From Bigelowiella natans CCMP2755 (lineage: Eukaryota > Protista > Cercozoa), in contig ADNK01000555.1 of the NCBI GenBank assembly GCA_000320545.1, forward strand, positions 33,335 to 97,334: a stretch of 64,000 bases of DNA, written 5' to 3'. Of this stretch, positions 27,000 to 40,074 are shown piece by piece. Within the stretch, counting starts at the first letter, position 1. Every line of letters begins with the position of its first letter. The notes under the pieces were generated by a model. It was not told the origin of the DNA. It did no database searches and saw only the letters and a list, made by a program, of their open reading frames with translations. The translations under genes were made by a program, and so were the position numbers.

Positions 27000-27815
27000 G
27001 GTAGAGCTCAGAGCAATATCGGTGCGAACGTAGTTCTCTAGCCTCCCTCCCCTTTATTTTCTCCCCAAGCAAGGCAAGCTTTCTTTCCGAGGTCGTCTGC
27101 TTCCTTCGAGGAGGCGAAGAGAATTGGGGAAGGTGGTCATTGTGTCAAATATTCAACCCGAAAACTTCCACATGGAATGGGACATACGAAGTCGATATCT
27201 AGCCATCTAGCTTCGAGATAGTGCTCAACGGAAGCGGGACGGCGCATGTTTTTCGGAAGTTCCTCGGTCATCCATCCGGAAAGATGGAATCAGCGGGAAT
27301 TGAAGCGCTGCGACATGAACGACTGACTACCCCTTTCTCGTTGTCGCGGAACGGAAAGTCGCAAGTTCTCCAGCAGGGGCATTTATACAAATAAGTCAGT
27401 GTAGAATCATTGTCGCGGGGGTAATATACGAAGCCTAATTACCGTACTCTCTGTTCGGACTTCTGACGCTCGTAGAGTTCGAATCGATCGCCTTCGAGAT
27501 TCACGCAGCGCTCTTGGGGCATTCCCAGCTCCTGGAGATGAGCAATGTTGCCCACCATGGTGACCGAGGTAGATAAAATACGACTGCAGAATCTGTTTGC
27601 TGAATTAGTCTTACGGGGGAGCATTTTATCATATGGAGATGTGTATGACGTCAAGAGCGAATATGCGAAAGAGAGAATGATAGGATATGTAGGGTGAGAC
27701 TGTTACAATGAAGGGTATCCTACACATCCCACTTACATTCGATTTCCGCTAAGATTCCAAGACGCTCAGCCATTTAGGTCACCAAGTCATTAATTTCTCT
27801 TTTGCAGCAGGCCAT

Positions 27816-28815
27816 ATGCAGAAAAATCGATCAGGTGCGTCGCCTACCATAGCACCCACCTCGGCCCCAGAAGCGTCTTCGCTTAACAACAGGAGCAAGA
27901 TGAATTACCCGCCCGGTTTTGCACAGTATTCTGCGACATTGTCGCGTGAACAACAGCAGGCCTTCGTTTCTCGGTGAGCCCCCTGCTTTCGGCATATATA
28001 CGCGACATATGCGTCCAAGTCTGATTCTCTCTCCCTCCCTTTAACTTTCCTCCCTCTGATGTACTAAATCGCAGCACTAGATAGACTCATCATCTATTCG
28101 TTTTCATCTCATTGGTTTAGACCTAGTTACTCCGCTATTGCCCGGCCCCAACAAAATGATCTCAAGACCAGCATTAGAAATGCTGTGGTATCACTCAGCA
28201 CAGGCTCTCTCTACTCAAAGAGTAGGGTTCATGGCGGTCGGAGACCTAAAAGAGGGACAGCTAGCGTCGCAAGCGAGAGGGTAAACAATTCCTCCTTGAA
28301 TGGGGCGTTGTCATCCCAGAAAAAGTCGTATTTGGAAGTCTTGAAGAGAGCAGATAATCACCACGCTCCTGCTCCATCGATATATGATCGTAATAGCGGC
28401 AGAACTAGTGCTCATTTTAATAGCAATAGTGCTAACACACGCCAGCGAAACTCATCTCTACAGCAGGAGCGCAGCCATTACCATCAGCAGCAGCCCCAAT
28501 ATCAACTCTCATCGTCACGACAACGTGCTAATCAGAATCAATTTGATGTTGGGAATAATATTGGTTCCACAGCTGGAACACGATTCTCCACTCCCCAACC
28601 TCTCAATTCCCACCATCAGCAGTACTTTAAGCAAGGAACCAATTATGCGCACACGCAACACAACAGCTACACCCACCAGTATCAGCCTCAAAACGGTGGT
28701 ATTTTCTCACATCCCTCTCATCATCATCATCATCAGCAGCAGCAGCAACCCATCCCCTCTAATTTCCATGGACATTCTACTCCTTCTCGCCTTGGATATG
28801 ATAACCCACCGCTAT

Positions 28816-28855
<40 letters not shown>

Positions 28856-29069
28856 CGTGAGATCCCCACAATATCCTTATAACGGCTCGCACTTCCAGCC
28901 CGCCCCACAAGTTTATGTACCCCCTCCCAAATTTCAGCCTGTACAAAGTGTTCAGGTAGATAGTTATAATGAAAATTTCATCGGAAGATGATTAGTGCGA
29001 AAAGCAGCAGTAGCAGCAGCAGCAGCACCATTGTGCTCCCATCTGCAACTGTATTCGCGAAGAACCGCA

Positions 29070-29114
<45 letters not shown>

Positions 29115-29156
29115 GCGCACACATATCCACATTAAAAATTGTGTCTTACATATTGG

Positions 29157-29190
<34 letters not shown>

Positions 29191-29509
29191 TCCTGGTGAT
29201 GGATGGGATGTCGTTTACAGATTACGCGAGAATGGCTGATGAACCTTGCACGGACGATGATGAACAATCCCCAGCTAGCAAATAGCGTGCGCGAACGGGG
29301 GAAGTTCCAAGAAAGAAAGAGAATCAGCAGCAAATACGACGACGTTTCTATCACTGGGGATATAAACTTTGGGACAGTTGTTATTGAGAAGTCAAGAATA
29401 GAGCAGGACGAGGATCAAATATTAGGTGATGATGATGATGATAATGATGATTAATTGTTACATGGCACGTATTGACGAAGGCACAGTTGAATAGCAAAGA
29501 ATATGTATA

Positions 29510-29547
<38 letters not shown>

Positions 29548-29927
29548 TAGTAGATAACGCCCCTCCACCCCCGCATATATTTTACTCTAGATGCACTTAC
29601 AAAACTTGGAATGGTGGATGATGAAGATGGTGGCGATTATGGCGAGGGAGAAGAGGGGGAAGATGATGGCGGTTATGGAGAGGGAGAAGAGGAGGAAGAG
29701 AAGGAGGGGGAGATAATAGAGGAAGATGAAGAGGAAGAGAAGAAGGGCGTGGATGAATCCTCTAAGTACGGTGAGGATGATAACGGGAATAAAAATCAAG
29801 CAGAAAGAGGAGGAGGAGGAGGAGGAGGAGGAGGGGGAGGAGGAAAGAGGAACAAGAGAAGCTTCTTAATTAGAAACATCTCACCTACCACGCCATATAA
29901 GGTTTGTTTATGATTTGACTCAGATGT

Positions 29928-29959
<32 letters not shown>

Positions 29960-31397
29960 TATCATAATCATCATTGTACCATAAAAATATTCACTCTTCC
30001 TTCGCCTCCTCCTCAATCATCACCTACCCTCTACTTTCTTCATATTTCCTATTAGGTCATAGCGTTCGTAGTCCCCCCGGTGTACGAGCACTTCTCCATC
30101 TATCCCGAGGGGGGGGAGGGCCTATTACAGCCTGGACAATTCTTGGAAGTGCAGGTGGATGGCGTGAATGACAATTCGTGCTGATATATTAATCAGACCA
30201 TGAATACGTGGTTTGAAAGCAAAACAACCAACAAATTGTCTATACTTCCAGGTGAAGTGCCACCATTTCAACGACGACGATGATGATACGTCTGGGAAGA
30301 GGCAGCAGCAGCCAGGAACGTTTGCATGTTGGGTTATGTTTGTGATCCAAAGACCCACGATGTTCTCCCCCGATAAGATCGCAGAGGGCGAGCGCTATGT
30401 CGTCGTTCGGCGCCTCAGCGTGAGCAGAGCTTACGACGAGGACATCTTCAAGTAATATATGAATAGAATACGGAGGGAGAGGGGGGAGGAGGGGACGGGG
30501 GGAAACTACTGCGAAATATTCGTAAAATGGACAACAGCATTGTTTTTATTGCTGATTTGTGAGTTTGGTAAGTCTTGCATCTCGTGGACAAATAATGCAC
30601 CTCATCCTCATTCCGCCTCCTCCTTCTGACCCATACATGCAACCTTGCTGTTGTAATCTGAGAATGGGAAGAGTGAATACAATCACAGAATAAAGATGAA
30701 ATATGTCTGAAGGTCTTTTTCTTGTTCTTCTTGTTCTTGTTCTTGTTCTTCTTCTTCTTCTTCTTGTTTTTCTTCTTCTTCTTCTTCTTCTTGTTCTTGT
30801 TCTTGTTCTTGTTCTTGTTCTATTCCTGGTTCCCTCTTCCTCCTTCAGATTGGACCCTGAGGCCCACGCATTCGTCCCGTTACGACTACGCACACTGTTC
30901 AATGCCAGCTATGGTGTTGTCGTCGCTGGCCGCCGACCGGATCTTCCGCACACTCCCGAGGTGGAAAATGGCGGCGTGGCGTTGTTATCAGCATTTATAT
31001 CATCGTCATCATCATCATTATCATCATCATTACCAGCAGCGTTATATCACCTCAATTTGATTTCGATGTTTGTTGATAGCAAGAAAGCACAGATGCTTTT
31101 GGAGCTGCTTTGCGACATTACCACCACCACTACTACTACTACTACTACCACTACTACTACCACTACGACTCCCCATTTTACTGAAGTTGTGCCATTCTTC
31201 TTATTATCATAACCCCCCCCCCCCCCCCCCCCCACACACACCAACACATAGGCATGGGCGTTCAGTCCTGAATGGATTGCGAGGATGGTAGCAGTAAGGC
31301 TTCGAGGAGGCGGGCAAGTAGAGCATCTTCACAGGAAGTGCCTTTTGGATCCAAAGGACTCAAAGGCTAGACAGGTGCTATTTGTAAACTTCTACTG

Positions 31398-31437
<40 letters not shown>

Positions 31438-31543
31438 CTACGGAATGGCCAAACTTGAGTGGTTTGAGTAGAAGTTAACGGAGAAAAGTAGAAAAGTGCC
31501 CACACTAATGTTCAGCCTTGTGAGTCGTGTAAACGATTTTCTC

Positions 31544-31585
<42 letters not shown>

Positions 31586-32048
31586 GCGAAGTTGATGACG
31601 ATGATGATGTTGAAGCGATGCTGCTGACCTACCCCCTCTGCCGCTCACACAAATTCCTTATCATTCAGGAGTACCTTCTTGCCGCTGAGAGGCTAGCAAA
31701 GACCCTCAGCCCTGCAGGAGGAGGAGGAGGAGGAGGAGGAGATAGCATTTCCGAGGACAAGGAGAAAGGGAAGAGGAGGCAGAAGCAGACAAACAGCAGC
31801 GCTATTGATGGAAAGATGACAAAACCAACAACTGGTACTACTACTACTACTACTACTAATACTATCACTACTACTGGTATCGGTGGTGGTAGTAGCAGCA
31901 CAGGACAGAACACAGAGGCAGCAGAACCAGCAGCAGCAGCAGCAGTATCTCGCGTGCGGAGGCACCTTCATCGCATGACATCCCTGCTTCGACTTGAAGA
32001 ACGTGCCATGATGGTAGACCACACTTCTATATATCATTATTACATTTG

Positions 32049-32092
<44 letters not shown>

Positions 32093-32563
32093 ATATGATG
32101 GCGTAGTCATCCTTCGGGACGGTGGTTGAAGGGGGAATGTATACTTCCTGCCAAGATAGATGATATCGTGGCGGCACTCTCTCCACCATCCTCACTGTCA
32201 TCATCACCATTATCATCATCATCATCATTATCATCATCATTATTACCAACATCATTCCTCAGGCTGAATTGTGTCAATTCGATCTTTTCAAACGGAAGCT
32301 GCGACCAGTAAAAACTCGAGGCAGAGGAGGGTCTAGTAGAAGAATGAGAAGAAAAAGAGCCAAAGAGAACCCTTATGGAGACACGGAGGGCGGGGAGGGG
32401 GAGGAGGAGGCGAAGATAGAGAATTATTACTATATGCTTGATGCTCCTGGCGTTGGAGAGGGCCGGTGAGAAGAACAACATAGGGTAGATATGGTACGTG
32501 GTTATGATGACGACGATGACAATGATAATGGTGATAATGATAACAATAGTGATAATGATGATA

Positions 32564-32596
<33 letters not shown>

Positions 32597-32910
32597 GTGA
32601 CGATGATGATGCAACTGTACATTTTGATGAGAGGACATATTTTCACGATCACGATTGTCGTTTCGAACGGGAACGATTCGCCGCCATATTGATTATGTGC
32701 ATCGATGATATTAATGTATATTAATCAACAGGCCTGCAGTCTCGATTGGGGACGAGATACTTCTGAGGCCTTCCTTACAGCACCAGCATCCGATTGGAAG
32801 AGGAGTAGCATTGCAGAACTGGGTGCCGGGGCATTGTTTGTGCTTATAGTAGTAGTAGTGGTGGTAGTAGTGTATTTGCAGCGCAAAGCAAAATTATGCA
32901 TGACACACAC

Positions 32911-32959
<49 letters not shown>

Positions 32960-33001
32960 TTATTTATTTATATCCCTCTACATATAATATATAGAAAATA
33001 G

Positions 33002-33039
<38 letters not shown>

Positions 33040-34274
33040 TATAGAGAGAGAGAGGCAACAAAATAATAATCTATTCATCATCAACAGGTAGAGCTGCGAG
33101 CCTATATTCATGCGGTGCACGAGAAGTCGGTTCTGATCGTCATTGAGGCCTCAGCGCATCAATATCTGCTTGAGCGTATCATCCTTCAAGAACAAGAGCT
33201 GCGGTTGGCCAAAGTTGATGTTCCCAATGCCAGTAGGAAGAAAAAAAAGAAGCTGGGCCTTGGACGAGTATTATGGCATGCGCGATTCGTTCTGAATCAG
33301 TATCCTTTCGAGGTAGTGTCGTGAGTGCCTGGTCGGGCAGATGACACCCTTCTCCATCTTGTTGTTGATGTAGTTGATGATGTTGTTGATGTTGTTGATG
33401 TTCTTGATGTTGGTTGGTGGTGGTGAGGGACTTTGAGTATTAGTGGTGCTGCAAGTGGAGAGATTAGCGTGCGACAGCGATGATAACGATTGTGTGATTG
33501 TAAGATTATGACGGTGATGATGTGATGCTATGCATTCGATGATTTAGCTCTCCCACCGCCTTTCCCATTTTGTACCATGTGTTTGGTTGGCCTTCTAATC
33601 GTTTGATTCTTGTTCCCCGCACCATGTTGCCTTCTTCTTCTTCTTCGTCCTCTTCGTCAAGGTTATGCACACCGCGATTCAGACATTGCACCATAACGCA
33701 GAGGATTCTTCCATCTTGCTCACTCCCTCCCCCCCTCCTGCTGGAGCTTCTACCCACCGCATTACCACCGCTACAGCTATGTCTGATGTGGGGGTCAAAG
33801 CCGTTGAGGATAAAAAAAGAGCCAACAGCATCAACAACGACAGCAGCGCTATCAGCAGCGTGAAAGAAGGAAAGCCCTCCTCCTCCTCCTCCTCCTCCTC
33901 CTCCTCTCCCCAACTCAATGCTATTCAGAAGGCAGCAGTAGCCAAGATCACGCGCCTCAAAGGCAATGGTGAATCCCGCTATGGACCTTTCATTGTGTTC
34001 GGACCTCCTGGCACTGGCAAAACGACTGTCATCACCGAGGCCATGCTCGCTGTGCTGCGAGGGGGGCGGGGGGAGAAGGAGGACGCATGCATATTGGCCT
34101 GCACTCCATCGGACTACTCCGCTGATATACTAGTGGCGAGGATGGCAAAGGAATTGGGAGTCAAGTATTATTGCTATGACCACTACCACGACTACCACTA
34201 CAACTACTACTGCTGCTATACTGCTACGATATTATTATAATTGATGTCGATGCGCCACCATTCCTAGTACCATA

Positions 34275-34307
<33 letters not shown>

Positions 34308-34806
34308 GCTGCTGCTGTGTTACATACGAGCTATCACCATCGTCGTCCCCTTCGCATCATGTCTTCAACTCATTTACAGCCGCTAATTCAATGCCCATGG
34401 AACTTCGTACGATTTACGATGATGATGAGGATGATGATGGTGTTGATGATTCTACTACCTATTATCACGTGGTTGGCCTTTCTTTTCATCTACTCATTGA
34501 AAGTTTTCTAAAGTGCTGCTGTGTCTTATATTCTCTCTCACTCTCTATCTCTCTCTCCCCTCCCCCCCCAAACTTACTCCCCCCCCTTGCCTCGTGACTG
34601 CTACTACAATATTACCCCACAGGGAGATGCTTCGGTTGAACCATCCTTCGCGACACAAAGCCGTTGCTTTTGGGGTGTTGTCGTACTGTAAGATGGATGC
34701 TCTTGGCAGATACTTTACACCAAGTCTGGAGGAACTGCGTCAATTCCGCATCATCGTCACAACGTGCATTACAAGTTGGAGGTATTTTTTGGTCGTAGTA
34801 GTAGCA

Positions 34807-34843
<37 letters not shown>

Positions 34844-37376
34844 TTCTTCCTTTCTCCCCCCCCCCCCTCAACCCCCTTCTCGATCTATTCATCAATCAAA
34901 TACTCTCATGCCTAGTGGTAATGTACCAAAGACCAAAATAGAGAGAGAACATGGACATATTACTACGGGGATTTCTCTGTTTTCGTCTCCAATGGCTGGC
35001 TGATTACAACTGCTGCTACGATATATGAAAGGCTGTTCCAAGCAGGACTACCGCGAGGCCACTTCACACACCTATTCTTCGACGAGAGCTCGCAAGCAAT
35101 GGAACCTGAAATGGCCGTTCCGCTGTGCCTCGCCTCCAGGCAAACCCGCGTTGTGCTAGCAGGGGATCACATGCAGCTTGGGGCTATTGTCCACTGCCCA
35201 GTAGCATCAAGATTTGGCCTTCGAGTGTCCCTTCAGGAGCGCCTATTGAAAACAATGCCTCACTACAGGACCTCGTTGCGAGTACAGCAGAAGGTAATTG
35301 AATTCAACTAATTTTGGGGGGGAGGGGGGTGGGGCTGGAGGGGTGGAGAAGTAGAAACAGGTATAACGATGATGACGATATGGGAGATACACAAGTTTTT
35401 CTCGAATAAGTGAGCAGAGCACATACCACCTTCGGACTTGTTATTTAACCTGCTATGTTCTGCTGTAACTCATAGCTACATCGTCTCTCCTCCTCCTCCT
35501 CCCTTTCCTTCTCCCCCGCCTCTCAATGAATATTAATACTTTTTGTCCTTCCTAATACAGCTTCGTGCGAAGGAGGAGGACTCAGAGATCATATGTAAGA
35601 AAATGACCATGACGGCTCATCTGACAGACAATTATCGGTCGCACCCAGCCATCTTAAACTGCTTCTCAAACCTCTTCTACCGAGATGCCCTCAGGCCCAA
35701 GGCTGATAAGAAGATCACGCACGCCCTCGTTGGTAAGTAATGGTAGAGCGTGTGTGCTGATGCTAGCAAAAACTACTACAGACATCAAACCAACACTCTT
35801 TCACATACGAATTGCTGCAGATTGGGAAGAGCTGCCCAATCGGAACGATTTTCCGTGCTTCTTTTACGGGATTGTTGGGAAGGACAGCTACAACTCGGAG
35901 TCGGGGTCACTCTGCAACCAGAGCGAGGTCGACGCCATCGCACACCTCATCCGCCATCTTATCTTGAAATCTAAGGTAGCTTGGTGGTCATCACCGCGCC
36001 AATGATGATGACTCTGTTACGTGGCCGCAGCACCAATCGTTTTATCATAATTATTAGCTTCGGCATGATCTTCAGCTGCAAGAGATCGGAGTCATTGCTC
36101 CTTTCCGCAATCAAGTCTTGCTCATTCGTAAGGTGCTCCGCAAAGCCAAACTAGGTACTGCATTCAACAGAGGAGACGAGGGTGGGGGGGGAGCGCGTCT
36201 GAGCACCACGAAGGGACATATACGTTACGAAAATCTAACATCCTGGCTGAGAATGAGCAAGAATTAATGGCATTGGCCTCTTTCACAAAATTGACCCTCT
36301 TGATTCTCCTCCTCGACACTGGGTTGTTTGTTGTCTGCCCTGTCCTGCTGCTGATAAGGCGCGGTGAATGTGGGTTCCGTAGACGATTTCCAGGGCAAAG
36401 AAACGAAGGTAGCAATAGTAGTAAATAGTAGTAGTAGGAGGAGGAGGAGGAGTAGTAAATAGTAGTAGTTGCTGTACTACCAGTTAGATGAAGAATTCCA
36501 TCTCGCCTTGCAATTACAACGTGGTTGTTTGCCCTACTATAGGTCATCTTTATCTCCACCGTGATATCCCGCGATCGCATGGTGAGTGAGTAGCCACCCT
36601 TATTGATAAATGATAATATCATCAGCATCCTAGCAGTAGCTACTGCTCGATATATTTTTAAGATTTGAGATGGACAAAATAAGTTCTGTATGCTCAATGA
36701 TGATCCCTGTTCTCTAACAAGTCAACTCTTGAAATGAAAGGTGAAACTAACGTATGCTGTTATCGTTGCCATCTCACAGGTTTTGCGGAAAATGGAAGAT
36801 TCTGCCAATGGCATTGGAATTTTCTCAAACCCGAAACGGTTCAACGTTGCGATATCGCGCGCGAAATCGCTCATGGTGGTTGTAGGAAATCCCTTCATCT
36901 TGGCGAGAAAGGTAGAACGCACAATCAGAGCTGTCGTCATTATTATCACCATTCCCCCCCATTAACAACAGTGCGATCATCGTGATCCTACTTGTTGTAT
37001 TCGTACTGATGATTCTCTCTGGTGCTTACTTGTCGATGTAATTTGTTGGCGAATAAACAGGCATGGTGGAAGAATATTCTGACGTATTGTGTAGAGCGTG
37101 GGGCATACGCAGGCATTGACCGCGGTGACGAATTTCTTGAAATTGTCTCCGGTTCAATTCACAACTTGGGTGCGTATGACAGCCAATGTTAGGATATGTT
37201 GTGGATACTACAACCAATGAGCCAATGTGTGAACAACGCAATGAAAAAGTAGAGTTTAACTGATTTATTTACCCTAAAATACGTGTCATATAGGGGCTGG
37301 AGAGAGCCTACAGGACAGCATGATGAGAGCCAGTGAATTTTTTAGTGCGGAGCGGAGATGGAGGATAATGGCATAA
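27816..37376 (+). CDS. MOV10/SDE3/Armitage-type SF1 RNA helicase with long low-complexity N-terminus (start tentative)
   Basis: Walker A GPFIVFGPPGTGKTT (about 33983-34027), ILACTPSDYSADIL, RIIVTTC, GHFTHLFFDESSQAMEPE, VLAGDHMQLG, LTDNYRSHPAIL, IGVIAPFRNQV, VGSVDDFQG, NPKRFNVAISRAKSLMVVVGNP, and C-terminal ERRWRIMA* (TAA 37374-37376). ATG 27816 spliced to the 28185 ORF is plausible but unverified. Confidence 0.9.
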
Positions 37377-38098
37377 AGCATTGTGAATGTACACACAGAG
37401 GCTAGAAATGAAAACAATGCTCAATGCCCCGGGTCTCGAGATGTGATTTTCGTGACCTCTCATGTAACGACTCTAGGACTGGATGCGACGATGCTACTTT
37501 GTTGTCATGTCACATAGCCCAATGAACTGTTGTTGCATCATTCCATTTGATGATGCTAGAATTAGGAATGTAGCGAATCAAAAGAATGTGGAAAGATTCA
37601 AATCGAATTCTTAGAATGTTTGGTGTGTAACGGTTCTTTGCTGAACACATGCTACTGTCTAGTTCGTGCTCATGTGGATCGTCAGAAATGCTCTCTCGCG
37701 CAGCGAACATGTGAACAAATATGATGCACACGCGCATATGACGTTATCGTACAAAATTGTACCAGTTCGTATTAAGCCATGTGGTTGTGTATGCGTGTAC
37801 ACACATCACAAGAACATGTGCGATTATTGCGGACCATTGTACAGCATCAATGCAGCAGATTGACGATGAAATCAAAGCAAATTTGAACAAAACAAATATT
37901 GTTGAAAGAATAAGTCTTGCATTTCTAGGCTTTGTTTGTGCGCAATTACATTATGTTACATGTGTAACATGTACACAATGTTACTATGTCTATTATTGCG
38001 GCGCATCTAACTCTCTAGTAACCATTTACACTATGTGTTGCGATGGGTCGGAACAGTAAGGTCCGCAAAGTTCTGCACACTAGTTAAAAAAATGATAT

Positions 38099-39074
38099 TT
38101 ATTTCAAATCCATCGTGTTACAATTAGCTTGCACTCTTACATCACATATCCCATCATATTGGGAGCTGGTCCGATCCATTTGAGCTAATACGCAGCAACC
38201 ACAGCAACATCTAATAGACACAATTTAGACACAATTTATCACGTTGCAAGGTTCATTGCGAGAATTTTTTAGTTACACTGCACAGCAATCTCCGCACCCA
38301 TCTGGGTCGTATATGTTGTGCTTTCTTCTAAATCTCTGCCTGGGGAGTGTACATGATCATTGTTAATAAAGTTGTATTCATTTTTATTATGTACGAATTA
38401 ACCTTGTTCCCCACACAAAGCAACAAAGGAAAATGTTGACAATTGACGTTATGAAATATATAAGTTGGCCCAAAACGGGAATTCCAGCCGCCTGTGTCAA
38501 AATATGGAAGAAACATGCTAAGCCCTCAAGATTGCACGACAACATTAACGCCACTATATTTTTTTAGTTTGATTCTTACAACGAATCCAAACGTGTAGAG
38601 GACCCCAGGAATTGAAAACAGCGCACAATTTGGCCAGAATTTATCCTCTACGGAGCAGAAGCTTTTTCAACATAAAATATCTTTCAGTAACACCCCATAC
38701 CAAAATGTGTACTTATTGAATGAAGTACTCAAATCTTGAACACACTTCGGTTCCTTAATTCCTTCTATGGCACGAATCCGCGCAATGGTGAAACATGGAC
38801 AGCACCAAGCCATTAAACAAGAAGGAGCACATTGATCGCAGCAACTACATAGACTGGATTCCCAATGACGAAGCTGCTGCGCTTGCTGCTGTCCGACAGT
38901 AGTAGGAACGGCTACTATCACGGGCTGATGCACATGCTGTGCAATTTGTGGCTGGTGTAGGGCTGGAATTGGTTGTCCTACTGGCACTGGTTGAACCTCA
39001 ACTGGCATTGGTTGGGGCTGGAAAGCTTGAGTTGAGGCTGGTTGCTCCATCTCGGGAGCAGAGGGTTGCTGCAT
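38099..39074 (-). CDS. PLAC8-family Cys-rich membrane protein
   Basis: P/Q-rich N-terminus, WESSLCSCCDQCAPSCLMAWCCPCFTIARI, and later exons RQRFRRKHNIYDPDGCGDCCAV|CCCGCCVLAQMDR. The exact 3' end is uncertain. Confidence 0.85.
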
Positions 39075-39457
39075 CTCGATCGGTTGATTCTAAATTTTGC
39101 AAGCCAAAATCAACTAGTCAACGCGATGCGTACTTCAATCATGCATACATCGCATTTTAACTGTACAAAGTTAAAAGTTTTAAATTTAAACACTATTCCT
39201 ATTTCACCGCTCTGTAAACGAGCTCGACATTTAAAAGACTTCTACTGAATCCCTCCGCGTGGGTGTGAATGAAGATGCGAAGCTTACTTGTGAATCTGGT
39301 TTCATGTTTCTTGTAGCTTGCGAGTTTGAGAGCTTGGGCTCACGCTTGAAGAGGGTTGTGCTGCATGTATGCAGATAATCGCCCCTTTTCTAGATTTTTG
39401 CTCATGGAAATGAATGTCGTTTCTCAAAAATGTAGGGGGCTATTTTGTTATTTTCTA

Positions 39458-39697
39458 CGCAGTGTTCCGTGCAATGCCAAATTGAGTCCTTTGCGCTGAA
39501 GTGAGGTTCATTCTGGTGCAGGCTGTTGCGTCGACAGATTGGTCTTCGTGTTTCAATGCGGCTCAAAGGTGATGGTGGGCCCTGGAGACGAGTCAAGAGA
39601 ATGTGGTGGTCCGAAATTGGTCCGCGAATTCATGAAAACGAATTCATGGTCAAAATGATCCTGCTTGTGGAAATCAGAAACACACTCAACCCTTGAA
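39458..39697. other. TpA-free flank of retrotransposon copy 1 (left half of island 3)
   Basis: Zero TA dinucleotides in 240 bp up to the LTR edge (hand check). Confidence 0.85.
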
Positions 39698-40023
39698 TGT
39701 TGCGCGTAAGGTGTTCACAGGCCGAGGCGCTACGTGCACAAGTAGGCAGGGGGGGGGAAAGGCACGTTTGCTTCCTTTTGAAGAGTTGTGTTTATTTTTA
39801 TTAAAGATTATATTTTTATTAAATCGTGCACTGCGTAATCATTCGCGAAGCTTTCGCGAATGCCGCCGCACGTGGGGCAGCACACTTCCGGTGTGCTGCC
39901 ATGAGTCCCGCCGGAACCCACGTGCCTATGCTGTATTAATATCTACGTTATCTATATTCTATATCCGCGACAACCCCTTTGTTGTCGCACGTGACTTGTG
40001 CCCGCGTAGTGGTACGCGCTACA
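39698..40023 (-). repeat. 3' LTR of copy 1
   Basis: Sense strand TGTAGCGCGTA...TACGCGCAACA: an 11-bp terminal inverted repeat with 1 mismatch. Confidence 0.96.
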
Positions 40024-40066
40024 CCTCCCCCAAGTCACGTTGCTCCTTCCTTCCTTCCTTATTCCC
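40024..40066 (-). other. Polypurine tract region
   Basis: On the element sense strand GGGGGAGG directly abuts the 3' LTR, with AAGGAAGGAAGGAAGGAG 11 nt upstream of it. Confidence 0.75.
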
Positions 40067-40074
40067 TTAGACCT

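Noticed and set aside
27100-27660. Possible small minus-strand gene between UBLCP1 and the helicase
   Set aside because: Some GT/AG-flanked segments, but no consistent frame or recognisable product.
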